Shown here: positions 41,474 to 51,212 of the stretch, one piece after another
Numbering within the stretch: the stretch's first letter is position 1
Layout of the letters: every line of letters starts with the position of its first letter
From: Nitrospirota bacterium
GTDB taxonomy: Bacteria > Nitrospirota > UBA9217
Length of the DNA: 64,000 nucleotides
Direction of reading: 5' to 3'
Assembly (NCBI GenBank): GCA_963751455.1
Contig: CAVVUN010000009.1
Coordinates: forward strand, 320,001 to 384,000
Notes under the pieces: generated by a model
Database searches by the model: none
What the model was told of the DNA's origin: nothing
Seen by the model: the letters and a program-made list of their open reading frames with translations, nothing else
Made by a program: the position numbers and the translations under genes

Positions 41474-42289
41474 ATGAACCGAAGCAACCAGATGAACCAG
41501 ACAAACATGACAAACCATAAAAACCAGACAATCATCGCCGTCATTCCTTCCCGCTACGGGTCAACCCGGTTCCCCGGCAAAGCACTCGCAATGATTGAGA
41601 AAAAACCGATGATCCAGTGGGTTTACGAGCGCACAAAGCGTTCTCGCCTCATTACGCGGGTAATCGTGGCCACGGATGATGAACGCATCCGTAAGGCGGT
41701 TTCCGCTTTTGGAGGAGAAGCAATGATGACGTCGGCCGGCCATGCAACCGGTACGGATAGAATCGCCGAAGTGGTCCGTAAGCTTGATTGCGATATTGTT
41801 GTAAATGTTCAGGGAGATGAACCGCTGATCCATCCGGAGATGATCGACGAAGCTGTGACTCCTCTTGTGGACGACCCCTCCATTCCCATGGGCACTGTTT
41901 GCAGAAAGATTGAACGCCGTGATGAAGCTTTTGACGCTAATGTCGTCAAGGTGGTCTTCGATCGAAACGGGTTTGCGTTGTATTTTTCGCGGGCTCCGAT
42001 CCCGTGGGATCGAGACAGCCGAACAGGGAAAATATGTTTAACTGATATGCCTCTTGCAGGCGATATGTATAAGCATATCGGCCTCTATGCGTATCAGAGA
42101 GATTTTCTTTTACAGTACGCGCGGATGCCGCAAACAGGGCTTGAAGCCGTTGAAAAGCTCGAACAGCTGCGGGCGCTCGAATCCGGACATCGCATTAAAG
42201 TGGTTGTAACGAGCCATGAATCCTTTGGTGTTGACATCCCGGACGATTTGAGTAAAATACTGCAACGCCTCAAAGAAAGAAGAGATTAG
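41474..42289 (+). CDS. kdsB: 3-deoxy-manno-octulosonate cytidylyltransferase
   Basis: [27 protein letters not shown]; N-terminus ([11 protein letters not shown]) is encoded by family A 9-mers, so the exact start is uncertain. Confidence 0.95.
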   Translation: MNRSNQMNQTNMTNHKNQTIIAVIPSRYGSTRFPGKALAMIEKKPMIQWVYERTKRSRLITRVIVATDDERIRKAVSAFGGEAMMTSAGHATGTDRIAEVVRKLDCDIVVNVQGDEPLIHPEMIDEAVTPLVDDPSIPMGTVCRKIERRDEAFDANVVKVVFDRNGFALYFSRAPIPWDRDSRTGKICLTDMPLAGDMYKHIGLYAYQRDFLLQYARMPQTGLEAVEKLEQLRALESGHRIKVVVTSHESFGVDIPDDLSKILQRLKERRD

Positions 42290-42291
42290 GA

Positions 42292-43941
42292 ATGGAAAAG
42301 AAAAAACCTCCGACAAAGTACATTTTCGTGACGGGCGGAGTCGTTTCATCGCTCGGCAAGGGGCTTGCGGCGGCGTCCATAGGCGCTCTGCTCGAGAGCA
42401 GGGGGGTAAAGGTTACCTTTCTCAAGCTTGATCCTTACATAAATGTCGACCCCGGCACCATGAGTCCGTTTCAGCACGGAGAGGTTTATGTAACAGATGA
42501 CGGCGCCGAGACCGACCTCGATCTCGGACATTACGAACGGTATACGAACGTCACGACCGGTCAGAAGAACAACTTTACTTCCGGCAGGATATATAACAAC
42601 GTAATCAGCAAGGAACGAAGAGGGGACTATCTGGGTGGAACGGTTCAGGTGGTACCGCACGTTACGGATGAAATCAAGCGCGCGATTACGGACCTCGCCG
42701 ACGATGAGGAGGTCGTGATCGTCGAGATCGGCGGGACCATCGGCGACATAGAAAGTCTTCCGTTTTTGGAAGCCATCAGGCAATTGAGATATAATCTCGG
42801 CCGGCAAAATGTCCTGTATGTCCATCTTACGCTGGTGCCGTTTATAAAAGCTGCGGATGAGCTTAAGACTAAACCAACCCAGCACAGCGTCAAGGAACTG
42901 CTGTCCATAGGGATCCAGCCGAACATTCTGGTTTGCCGGAGCGAACGGCCCATACCGAAGGAGATGAAACGGAAGATTGCGCTCTACTGCAATGTTGAAG
43001 AGAATGCCGTTATCACCGCACTGGACGTCGATACCATATACGAGGTACCGATCCACCTGCATGAGGAAGGGATCGATGACAGGATAGTCGAGTTGCTCAA
43101 TCTTACCGTATCGGACCACAACCTGAACGCATGGGAAACGATCGTCCAGCGCGTCAAGCACCCGTCAAAGAACGTTACTATAGCCCTTGTCGGGAAATAC
43201 GTTGATCTCAAAGAAGCATATAAAAGCCTGTGTGAAGCATTGACCCACGGCGGCATAGCGAACGAAGCCCGTGTCGCAATCAACTGGGTGGATTCTGAAG
43301 ACATCGAGAGCAGGGGCGCTGAAGAAATGCTGAAAGGCGCCGATGGTATTCTCGTACCGGGCGGGTTCGGAATACGCGGCGTGGAAGGTAAAATCGCGGC
43401 CGTTAAATACGCCCGGGAAAGAAAGATACCGTATTTCGGGATCTGTCTCGGAATGCAATGTGCGGTGATCGAAGCAGCCCGCAATCTTGCGGACATCAAG
43501 GATGCGAACAGTTCCGAATTTGATCAGCAGACTCCCAATCCCGTCATTTACCTGATCGAGCAGTGGTTCGATTACCGGACCCAGTCGGTTCAAAAACGCG
43601 ACACAAGCTGCGATAAAGGCGGGAGCATGCGCCTCGGTTCCTATCCATGCAACATAGAAAAGGGCACTAACGCTTATCGGGCATACGGGAAAAATGCTAT
43701 TACCGAACGGCATCGCCACCGCTACGAGTTCAATAACCGTTACACGGAAACATTAAAAAAGGCCGGACTCGTTATCAGCGGTATTTCTCCGGACGGCGAA
43801 CTGGTAGAGATCGTGGAATACAAGGAACATCCCTGGTTTCTCGGCTGTCAGTTCCATCCGGAATTCAAATCGAGACCGCGCAATCCTCATCCCTTGTTCA
43901 CGGCGTTCATCGATGCGGCGCTGAAGAATAAGAGAAAATAG
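42292..43941 (+). CDS. pyrG: CTP synthase
   Basis: [34 protein letters not shown]. Confidence 0.97.
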   Translation: MEKKKPPTKYIFVTGGVVSSLGKGLAAASIGALLESRGVKVTFLKLDPYINVDPGTMSPFQHGEVYVTDDGAETDLDLGHYERYTNVTTGQKNNFTSGRIYNNVISKERRGDYLGGTVQVVPHVTDEIKRAITDLADDEEVVIVEIGGTIGDIESLPFLEAIRQLRYNLGRQNVLYVHLTLVPFIKAADELKTKPTQHSVKELLSIGIQPNILVCRSERPIPKEMKRKIALYCNVEENAVITALDVDTIYEVPIHLHEEGIDDRIVELLNLTVSDHNLNAWETIVQRVKHPSKNVTIALVGKYVDLKEAYKSLCEALTHGGIANEARVAINWVDSEDIESRGAEEMLKGADGILVPGGFGIRGVEGKIAAVKYARERKIPYFGICLGMQCAVIEAARNLADIKDANSSEFDQQTPNPVIYLIEQWFDYRTQSVQKRDTSCDKGGSMRLGSYPCNIEKGTNAYRAYGKNAITERHRHRYEFNNRYTETLKKAGLVISGISPDGELVEIVEYKEHPWFLGCQFHPEFKSRPRNPHPLFTAFIDAALKNKRK

Positions 43942-44063
43942 TTTGTTTAGTTAGTTTGGTTTTTTTAGTTTCTTTGGTTTGTTTAGTTTCTTTTCGTTTC
44001 TTTGGTTTGTTTAGTTTCTCTAGCTTAAGGATAACGAAATAAACCAAACAAACAAGACAAACC
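43940..44063. repeat. Family A 9-mer inverted repeat tract (pyrG-kdsA junction)
   Basis: About 9 RGTTTSTTT units then about 4 AAACCAAAC-like units. Confidence 0.9.
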
Positions 44064-44083
44064 GTTTTTTAAAGGCAATTAAT

Positions 44084-44908
44084 TTGACAAAGGAAATTCG
44101 CTTAAAAAATATCACGATCGGCGGCAATAATCCGCTCGTCTTGATCGCCGGGCCTTGCGTGATAGAATCCGAAGGAGCTGCGCTTGAAGCAGCAGCCAGG
44201 CTCAAGCGGATAACGGACGAGCTCGGCATACCGTTTATCTTCAAGTCATCCTTCGACAAGGCAAACCGCAGTTCCTTGAAGTCCTATCGCGGCCCGGGCA
44301 TGACCGAAGGCCTGAGGATACTTGCGCGCGTTGGAAGGGAATTGGACGTGCCGCTCCTGTCCGATGTCCACCGTTTCGAAGAGATAGGACCGTCATCCGA
44401 GGTTCTTGATATCCTCCAGATCCCGGCATTTTTATGCCGGCAGACTGATTTCGTTATGGATGTGGCGAAGACGGGCCGGATAGTCAATATCAAGAAAGGG
44501 CAGTTTCTTTCCCCGTGGGACATAAAAAATGCAGCTGAAAAAGCAGCGTCAACAGGCAACGATAAGATCATCATCACCGAACGCGGAGTTTCATTCGGGT
44601 ATAATAACCTCATCGCCGACATGCGCTCGCTGCCTATAATACGCGACGCGGGTTATCCCGTGGTATTCGACGCTACTCATTCGGTTCAGTTGCCCGGCGC
44701 AGCCGGAACGGCTTCGTCCGGTGACCGGAAATTCGTACCCTACCTCACCAGAGCGGCAACGGCCGCCGGCATTGATGCGTTGTTCATGGAAGTGCATGCC
44801 TGTCCGGACAAGGCGCTCTGCGACGGGCCGAACATGCTCGCACTGGACCAGCTTCCTGGACTCCTTAAGCAGGTGCGGGAAATAGACAGGATTGTAAAAT
44901 CACTCTAG
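44084..44908 (+). CDS. kdsA: KDO-8-phosphate synthase
   Basis: AGPCVIES, KSSFDKANRSS, QIPAFLCRQTD, FDATHSVQ. Confidence 0.96.
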   Translation: MTKEIRLKNITIGGNNPLVLIAGPCVIESEGAALEAAARLKRITDELGIPFIFKSSFDKANRSSLKSYRGPGMTEGLRILARVGRELDVPLLSDVHRFEEIGPSSEVLDILQIPAFLCRQTDFVMDVAKTGRIVNIKKGQFLSPWDIKNAAEKAASTGNDKIIITERGVSFGYNNLIADMRSLPIIRDAGYPVVFDATHSVQLPGAAGTASSGDRKFVPYLTRAATAAGIDALFMEVHACPDKALCDGPNMLALDQLPGLLKQVREIDRIVKSL

Positions 44909-44915
44909 TTCAGAG

Positions 44916-44994
44916 AGTTTGTTTAGTTTTTTTGGTTTCTTTGGTTTAGAACCAGATAAGCCAAATAAACCAGACAAACGACATAAACCAAAAC
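44916..44994. repeat. Family A 9-mer inverted repeat tract (kdsA-kdsD junction)
   Basis: About 4 T-rich units then about 5 A-rich units abutting the kdsD ATG. Confidence 0.9.
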
Positions 44995-45966
44995 ATGACA
45001 ATAGAACAGGCAAAAAAAGTTCTCCGGATTGAAGCGGATGCAGTCGCTGCGCTTATTGACCGGGTCGATTACCGGTTTGAATTGGCCGTAAAGATGATTC
45101 TGAACTGCAACGGCCGGGTCGTGGTGACGGGCATGGGCAAGTCGGGCCTGATAGGCAAAAAGATAGCGGCGACTCTGGCGTCCACGGGCACGCCCGCGCT
45201 CTTTCTCCATCCTGCAGAGGGAATCCACGGAGACCTTGGTATGGTTACGAGGGGAGATACCGTGATTGCCCTTTCGAACAGCGGCGAGACCGAGGAGATT
45301 GCGAGGATGTTGCCTTCCCTCAAGCGGCTGGGCATAAAAATCATTTGTTTTACCGGCAATACCGAATCAACTCTTTCAAAAAACAGCGACGTCGTAATAG
45401 ACGTCGGAGTTAAGGAGGAAGCCTGCCCGCTGGGGCTGGCGCCGACTGCGAGTACTACGGCTACCCTGGCGATGGGAGACGCATTGGCTGTGGCGCTTCT
45501 TGCACAGAGAGGTTTCAAGGAAGAAGATTTTGCCTGCTTTCATCCGGGCGGCACTCTCGGAAAAAAACTGCTTCTCAGGGTACGGGACCTTATGCATATA
45601 GGTGACGAGATTCCTGTTGTTTCGGAAGGGACTCTGATCAAAGACGCAATCTACGAAATATCTTCAAAAAAAATGGGGATCACCGCGGTATTGGACGGAA
45701 CAGGAAGCCTTGTCGGCGTCATCTCCGATGGAGATCTCCGTCGGTGGATGGAGAAGACGGAAAAGAGCGGCGAGAATCTTCTGACCAAAAAGGCAAAGGA
45801 CATCATGACCACAAAGCCGAAAGTCGCCAACAAGGACTCCCTGGCGGCAGAAGCTGTTGCAATCATGGAAAATAATTCTATCACGTGCCTTATTGTATCC
45901 GACGGCAGCGCCAAACCGGAAGGGGTCATCCATTTGCATGATCTTCTGAAGGCGGGAGTGGTTTGA
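44995..45966 (+). CDS. kdsD: Arabinose-5-phosphate isomerase (KpsF/GutQ family)
   Basis: TGMGKSG, HGDLG, SNSGET, APTAST, HPGG, two CBS domains. Confidence 0.95.
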   Translation: MTIEQAKKVLRIEADAVAALIDRVDYRFELAVKMILNCNGRVVVTGMGKSGLIGKKIAATLASTGTPALFLHPAEGIHGDLGMVTRGDTVIALSNSGETEEIARMLPSLKRLGIKIICFTGNTESTLSKNSDVVIDVGVKEEACPLGLAPTASTTATLAMGDALAVALLAQRGFKEEDFACFHPGGTLGKKLLLRVRDLMHIGDEIPVVSEGTLIKDAIYEISSKKMGITAVLDGTGSLVGVISDGDLRRWMEKTEKSGENLLTKKAKDIMTTKPKVANKDSLAAEAVAIMENNSITCLIVSDGSAKPEGVIHLHDLLKAGVV

Positions 45967-45968
45967 TA

Positions 45969-46024
45969 TGGAGCGAGCCGACCGCGTCGGCGTAAAAATA
46001 CGGCAACACGGTTGCCTTGGTCCA
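45969..46024. repeat. Inverted pair of 25-bp REP-like hairpins left of the RAYT gene
   Basis: TGGAGCGA-GCCGAC-CGC-GTCGGC-GT (45969-45993) facing the reverse complement of TGGACCAA-GGCAAC-CGT-GTTGCC-GT (46000-46024). Confidence 0.75.
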
Positions 46025-46035
46025 AAATATAATGT

Positions 46036-46578
46036 ATGGAAAAATATAAGACGTACGCTCATACGCTGCCTCATTTATATCGTGCTAATGCTAAATATTT
46101 TATAACTGCATCAACATACGAAAAAAAGAAGATTTTTGACAATGCTGCCAAAGAGAAATAGTTATCTTGTCTACTCAAAGCCTGTTTGAACCAGGGATGG
46201 GAGCTTGAAGATTGGGTCATTCTTGATAATCATTACCATATAATGGTAAACGGACCTGGCAATGAAATATTTCTTTCGAAGTTTATCGCTGAATACCATA
46301 AATTTACGGCTTTGTTTATGAAGAAAAATTATGCCGAGCTGGCAAAACTGCCAAAGGTTTTTAACAATTATTGGGATACGTGTATTACGTATGAAAGATC
46401 ATATTTTGCCAGGTTGAATTATCTATACAATAATCCTGTTAAACATGGATATGTACGGAAGGCACATGATTATGAATGGGGCAGTTTCTTTATCAGATAT
46501 AACGAAGATGAACTTTCTATAGATAAGCTGCTGAATCAGTTTCCTTGTGATACGGTTAACATAGAAGACGATTTTTAA
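46036..46578 (+). pseudogene. REP-associated tyrosine (Y1 HUH) transposase with in-frame TAG at 46159
   Basis: ATG 46036 frame reads PHLY..YFITASTY, stop, then WVILDNHYH (HUH) and YLYNNPVKHG..YEWGS; low GC. Confidence 0.85.
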
Positions 46579-46580
46579 TA

Positions 46581-46605
46581 ACGGCAACATGGTTGCCTTG
46601 GTCCA
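46581..46605. repeat. REP-like hairpin right of the RAYT gene
   Basis: ACGGCAACATGGTTGCCTTGGTCCA, 24/25 identical direct repeat of 46000-46024. Confidence 0.85.
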
Positions 46606-46610
46606 TAAAA

Positions 46611-47129
46611 ATGAAAAAATCAACCCAGAGCCTTCGAACGAAGGCGAAACAAATAAAACTTATCCTGCTTGACGTCGACGGAGTGATGACGGACGGAAGC
46701 ATCATTCTCGACAACCAGGGTAATGAAATGAAGGCGTTTCACGTGCGGGACGGCCGGGGCGTTAAACTGGCTCAAAAAGCCGGCATACTGTTCGGGATTA
46801 TTACCGGCAGATCGTCGGAAGTCGTAAACGTTCGTGCCCGCGAACTGGGCATAACCGACGTCTTTCAAGGCGCGCAGGACAAAATTACGGCATATGAGTC
46901 ACTGCTTGCGAAGTATAAACTTCGCGACGCAGAAGTGGCCTATATAGGGGATGACGACATCGACGTGTCTATCTTCAAAAGAGTGGGACTTGCCGCCACG
47001 GTAGCCGACGCGGACCCCTCCGTTAAGCCGCATGTGGACATGGTAACAAAGGCAGCCGGCGGCAGAGGCGCGGTGCGTGAAGTGATAAACCTTGTCCTCG
47101 AAAGTCAGCGTAAATTGCGGGCGTCATGA
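46611..47129 (+). CDS. kdsC: KDO-8-phosphate phosphatase
   Basis: LDVDGVMTDG, FHVRDG, ITGR, YIGDD, GGRGAVRE; ATG start chosen. Confidence 0.93.
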   Translation: MKKSTQSLRTKAKQIKLILLDVDGVMTDGSIILDNQGNEMKAFHVRDGRGVKLAQKAGILFGIITGRSSEVVNVRARELGITDVFQGAQDKITAYESLLAKYKLRDAEVAYIGDDDIDVSIFKRVGLAATVADADPSVKPHVDMVTKAAGGRGAVREVINLVLESQRKLRAS

Positions 47130-48025
47130 ACAGGTGGGCGGTTAAAACCAGGAAAAAGCTGAACAGGGTCTCTGTTCTCTGGTCTGCCAGGCTCGTCTTG
47201 ATGTTGTCGAAATTGCTGCCGTACCGTCTGGGAGTAAGAGCAGGCGGTTGTCTGGGCTGGGTCGGATACTACCTGATCCATCGTGAAAGAACAAGGGCGC
47301 TCATACACCTCCGGTCAGCATTCCCGGACAAGAGTGAAGCCTGGATACGCCGTACAGCGCGCCGCTGCTTCATGCATCTCGGGAAATCCGTTCTCGAAAT
47401 GACGCTCATGTCTCCGGTCCGGCTTGCGAAGGCATCCACGCTGGAGGGCGCCGAAAATCTTGAACGGGCATTCAGCCGGGGAAAGGGCGTCATTTACTTT
47501 ACCGGGCACGTCGGAAACTGGGAATTGTCGGGCGGCGTGCTCGCATCAAGATATCCTTTGAGCGTCGTAGCTGCTCCTCTTGATCCCGAGCCGTTAAATG
47601 ACCTGATCTTAAAACTTCGGAGCAGGATCGGGATCAGGGTCATCCTTCGGGGCAGGCCCGGGGCATCCCGGGAGCTGATACGCGTTTTCAGGGAGAACAG
47701 GATCCTCGGGCTGCTCATCGACCAGGACACGGATGTTGACGGAACGTTCGTTGATTTCATGGGAAGGCCTGCCTGGACGCCGACTGCGGCCGCCTCAATG
47801 GCGATAAAATTCGATGCGCCGGTGGTTTTCGGCTACGCCCAACGCGGCAAAGATAACAATCATACGATAACGATAGAAGGGCCGCTCGAACTGGTCCGGA
47901 CCGGCAATGACGAGCAGGATATAATCACCAACACGGCGCTGTTCACAAAAAAAATAGAAAACTCTATCATGCGGAACCCCGAGCAATGGGTGTGGATGCA
48001 CCGGCGGTGGAGGAGAATGCCTTGA
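47126..48025 (+). CDS. Lipid A late acyltransferase (LpxL/HtrB family)
   Basis: GHVGNWE, LIDQD, PEQWVWMHRRW. Confidence 0.9.
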   Translation: MNRWAVKTRKKLNRVSVLWSARLVLMLSKLLPYRLGVRAGGCLGWVGYYLIHRERTRALIHLRSAFPDKSEAWIRRTARRCFMHLGKSVLEMTLMSPVRLAKASTLEGAENLERAFSRGKGVIYFTGHVGNWELSGGVLASRYPLSVVAAPLDPEPLNDLILKLRSRIGIRVILRGRPGASRELIRVFRENRILGLLIDQDTDVDGTFVDFMGRPAWTPTAAASMAIKFDAPVVFGYAQRGKDNNHTITIEGPLELVRTGNDEQDIITNTALFTKKIENSIMRNPEQWVWMHRRWRRMP

Positions 48026-48576
48026 AAATATTTAACGTACCGAATCTTTTGTCGATCAGCAGAATACTGTCCGTGCCGATATTTATCTCGCTGATGCTCG
48101 AGCCGAATCCCGTACGGGCGCTTCTTGCAGGAATTGTTTTTTCTCTGGCCTCCGCAACGGACTGGCTGGACGGATACCTGGCGCGAAAATGGGGGCAGGT
48201 CACCAAGATCGGCAAGCTGCTGGACCCGATCGCGGACAAAATCCTGATCATGTCCGCTTTGGTCATCCTCGTTGAAATCCGGTCCGATGTGGTCCATGCC
48301 TGGATAGCGATCATTATCATCGGCAGGGAATTTGCGGTCACCGGCCTCCGTGCGATCGCATCGAGCGAGGGAATCATAATCCCTGCTGAGACTGTAGGCA
48401 AATACAAGGTGGGAGCGCAGATTACCGCGGTGCTTTCGCTTCTTCTCGATTATTATCTGGATAAAGGCTGGGTAACGGACGTCGGAAGGGTCGCCCTCTG
48501 GGTGGCGATGATTCTTGCCGTTTACTCCGCCGTCCAGTATTTCAGATCGTACTGGAGTAAGTTAAATAACCGGTGA
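48022..48576 (+). CDS. pgsA: CDP-diacylglycerol--glycerol-3-phosphate 3-phosphatidyltransferase
   Basis: NVPNLLSISR, TDWLDGYLARK...GKLLDPIADK; TTG start after AGGAG. Confidence 0.93.
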   Translation: MKIFNVPNLLSISRILSVPIFISLMLEPNPVRALLAGIVFSLASATDWLDGYLARKWGQVTKIGKLLDPIADKILIMSALVILVEIRSDVVHAWIAIIIIGREFAVTGLRAIASSEGIIIPAETVGKYKVGAQITAVLSLLLDYYLDKGWVTDVGRVALWVAMILAVYSAVQYFRSYWSKLNNR

Positions 48577-48594
48577 TTTGCGAACCATAGAACT

Positions 48595-48712
48595 TGTTTA
48601 TTTAGTTTGTCTTGTTTGTCGGGTTTATCTGGTTTGAAACCAAAGAAACTAAACAAACCAAATGAACTAAACAAACCCAACAAACCAAACAAACGAAACA
48701 AACCAAATGAAC
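48595..48712. repeat. Family A 9-mer inverted repeat tract (pgsA-plsY junction)
   Basis: About 5 T-rich units then about 8 AAACCAAAC units, the last supplying the plsY ATG. Confidence 0.9.
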
Positions 48713-49306
48713 TTCTTCTATCAACCCCTTGCCGTCATCATTTCCTATCTTATCGGAAGCACTCCGTTCGGTGTCATTTTCACGAGATTCTTTTCGGATA
48801 TCGACGTCAGGACCGTGGGAAGCGGCAATATCGGAGCAACGAATGTCCTGCGGGCCGCAGGGAAAAAGGCGGCCATACTTACTTTACTCTCTGACTGTCT
48901 GAAAGGTGTGATTCCGGTTCTTGTGGTCAAGACCCTTTTACAGGATGATTGGACAACGGTTGCCTCTGGGGCGGCCGCTGTTTTGGGTCATAATTTCCCC
49001 ATTTATCTCAAGTTTAAAGGAGGGAAGGGCGTGGCAACAAGCTACGGAGTAGTCCTTGCCATAGTTCCCAAAATAGGCGTTATCTGTCTGGTCGCATGGC
49101 TGGCTGCCGCTCTTGTCTGGCGTTATTCGTCCCTGTCCGCGCTTGCTTCCTTCGCGCTCTTTCCGCTACTGACCTTCATCACTTTCCCTGAATCCAAGCC
49201 GCTCGGTCTTCTATCTCTCTTCGTATTCGGCATGATCTATTACCGGCACCGGGAAAACATCAAGCGACTTATCGCAGGGACGGAGCCGAAGATAGGAAAG
49301 AAATAA
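48707..49306 (+). CDS. plsY: Glycerol-3-phosphate acyltransferase
   Basis: GSGNIGATNVLR, GHNFP..FKGGKGVAT, HRENIKRL..GTE. Confidence 0.95.
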   Translation: MNFFYQPLAVIISYLIGSTPFGVIFTRFFSDIDVRTVGSGNIGATNVLRAAGKKAAILTLLSDCLKGVIPVLVVKTLLQDDWTTVASGAAAVLGHNFPIYLKFKGGKGVATSYGVVLAIVPKIGVICLVAWLAAALVWRYSSLSALASFALFPLLTFITFPESKPLGLLSLFVFGMIYYRHRENIKRLIAGTEPKIGKK

Positions 49307-49315
49307 CGGTTTATA

Positions 49316-49450
49316 ATCGCCATTTCGGTCCGACGGTAACGAAGCCCGTATCGTGGAACGTCAGACGGTAACGTAAAAGACCTCATATACGACAACCGTA
49401 ACCAAAAACCAAAAGGGGCATCGTAACCCTAACCTTTTAAACCCGGCATA
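49316..49450. repeat. Family B hairpin element, solo copy upstream of four-helix-bundle gene 1
   Basis: GGTAACGAAGCCCGTATCGTGGAA ... ACGACAACCGTAACCAAAAACCAAAAGGGGCATCGTAACC..CTTTTAAACC matches the array unit. Confidence 0.85.
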
Positions 49451-49767
49451 CGTTCTCAAACTTGAGGGCAAAATGGTTGACACTAAAAAGCGCATAACGA
49501 GTTTTCGTGATTTAGAAGTTTACCAAAGCACGTATTCGATTTGTATAAAAGTAATGACTGAATTGCTGCCTAAATTGCCAGATATGGAAAAATACGATTT
49601 AAGAGACCAATTAAGCAGATCATCGAAAGCCATCCCCAGGCTAATCGCGGAAGGATATGGGAAACGGCATCAAAAAGCCGGGTTTCAAAAATATCTTGAT
49701 GATGCCATGGCAGAATGCAACGAAACCATGGTAGGTTTGGAAATGTGTCGCGATATTTATAAAAAAC

Positions 49768-51098
49768 CAGTAGTGTCCGGTTATCGTTTTTTTAATGTGC
49801 GATAACTCGCTGTCATTCAAAGATAAAAGAGACTGTATGCAACTTTTCGATTTGAACTTAATTTATCCAGAATCATCCTATAATCCACCTCATCTATGCA
49901 TGAGGAGGGACGAAGATGAATTCCGGAAAGACGGTTTTTGCTCAGCTGATCCAGCATCTACCACGGTACGAGTTCAACCAATGCGTCCTTCGTTATCACG
50001 GCAATCACAAAGTCAGAAGCTTTTCATGCATGGATCAGTTTCTCTGCATGGCATTTGCCCAGCTGACCTATCGCGAAAGCTTGCGCGATATTGTAACGTG
50101 TCTCAACTCCCATCGACCAAAGCTTTACCACATGGGCTTTCGAGGGAAGGTCGCCAAATCCACGTTGGCGGACGCCAACGAGCTTCGAGACTTCCGCATC
50201 TATCAGGACTTCGGCTATTTGCTCATCGACATCGCCAGCAAACTTTATCGGAACGAGGAGTTTGGCCTCGACCTGAAGCTCTCGGTCTTTGCGCTGGACT
50301 CAACGATCATCGATCTTTGCCTTTCCACGTTCCCTTGGGCGACGTTTCGGAAAAAGAAAGCAGCCGTCAAGATTCACACTTTGCTCAACGTGCAGGGATC
50401 GATTCCAACCTTTATTTTCGTGACTCCCGGCAGCGTTCACGATGTCAATATGATGGATACTGTCCCGTTCGAAGCCGAATCGGTCTATACAATGGATCGC
50501 GCTTACCTCGACTTCGAGCGACTTTACCAAATCGATCAACTGTCCGCGTTCTTCGTTATCAAGAGCAAAAGCAATACCCGGCTTCGTCGCGTCTACTCTG
50601 CTCCCGTGGACAAAGCCGACGGGGTGCAAGCCGATCAGACGGTTATGCTCATTGGCTACAAATCCCGCAAGGCTTATCCAGATCCATTTCGTCGGGTGCG
50701 CTATTACGACACCGAACGAAACAAACGCTTGGTGGTTCTTACGAACAATTTCCTTATCCCGGCCAAAACAGTCGCGGATATTTATCGCTCGCGTTGGCAG
50801 GTAGAGCTGTTCTTCAAGTGGATCAAGCAACACTTGCGGATCAAGTCGTTCTTCGGGACATCTCCGAATGCGGTCAAGATCCAAATCTGGATTGCCGTAA
50901 GCGTTTATCTCCTCGTGGCGATTGTCAAGAAGAGATTGAATCTGCCCGGCAGCCTCCACACAATTCTACAGATTTTGGAGGTCAACCTTTTTGAGAAAAT
51001 ACCGATTTCTCAACTGGTTGAAGACACTATCAATCACGAAAACGAATATCGCGACGATAACCAATTGAATCTATTTACGTAACAACCGGACACTACTG
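49768..51098 (+). mobile_element. IS4-family insertion sequence, 1331 bp
   Basis: 15-bp perfect terminal inverted repeats CAGTAGTGTCCGGTT; 9-bp target duplication ATAAAAAAC at 49759-49767 and 51099-51107. Confidence 0.95.
49916..51082 (+). CDS. IS4-family DDE transposase (DUF4372-type N-terminus)
   Basis: MAFAQLTYRESLRDI, DSTIIDL, MDRAY, YRSRWQVELFFKWIKQHL (YREK). Confidence 0.95.
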   Translation: MNSGKTVFAQLIQHLPRYEFNQCVLRYHGNHKVRSFSCMDQFLCMAFAQLTYRESLRDIVTCLNSHRPKLYHMGFRGKVAKSTLADANELRDFRIYQDFGYLLIDIASKLYRNEEFGLDLKLSVFALDSTIIDLCLSTFPWATFRKKKAAVKIHTLLNVQGSIPTFIFVTPGSVHDVNMMDTVPFEAESVYTMDRAYLDFERLYQIDQLSAFFVIKSKSNTRLRRVYSAPVDKADGVQADQTVMLIGYKSRKAYPDPFRRVRYYDTERNKRLVVLTNNFLIPAKTVADIYRSRWQVELFFKWIKQHLRIKSFFGTSPNAVKIQIWIAVSVYLLVAIVKKRLNLPGSLHTILQILEVNLFEKIPISQLVEDTINHENEYRDDNQLNLFT

Positions 51099-51212
51099 AT
51101 AAAAAACATATAATAGGCTTCCCAATCGATGAAACGATAGATCTCTACGACAAGGCAGGCAGACAAATATATAATCTTGCCAAAGCGTGGTCGCAGTTTA
51201 AGCGCGAAACCA

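Noticed and set aside
42346-43719. Long antisense ORFs opposite pyrG and other housekeeping genes
   Set aside because: Typical shadow ORFs of conserved genes, with no independent coding signal.
46159-46161. Programmed TAG read-through (pyrrolysine or recoding) in the RAYT gene
   Set aside because: TAG is a normal stop for other genes here (e.g. kdsB, pyrG, kdsA); a nonsense mutation or sequencing error is simpler.
48607-48894. 95-aa ORF with NKP repeats
   Set aside because: By-product of the stop-free 9-mer tract; it overlaps plsY out of frame.
49795-50994. 399-aa alternative-frame ORF and 219-aa antisense ORF within the IS
   Set aside because: They overlap the clear IS4 transposase and have no recognisable motifs.
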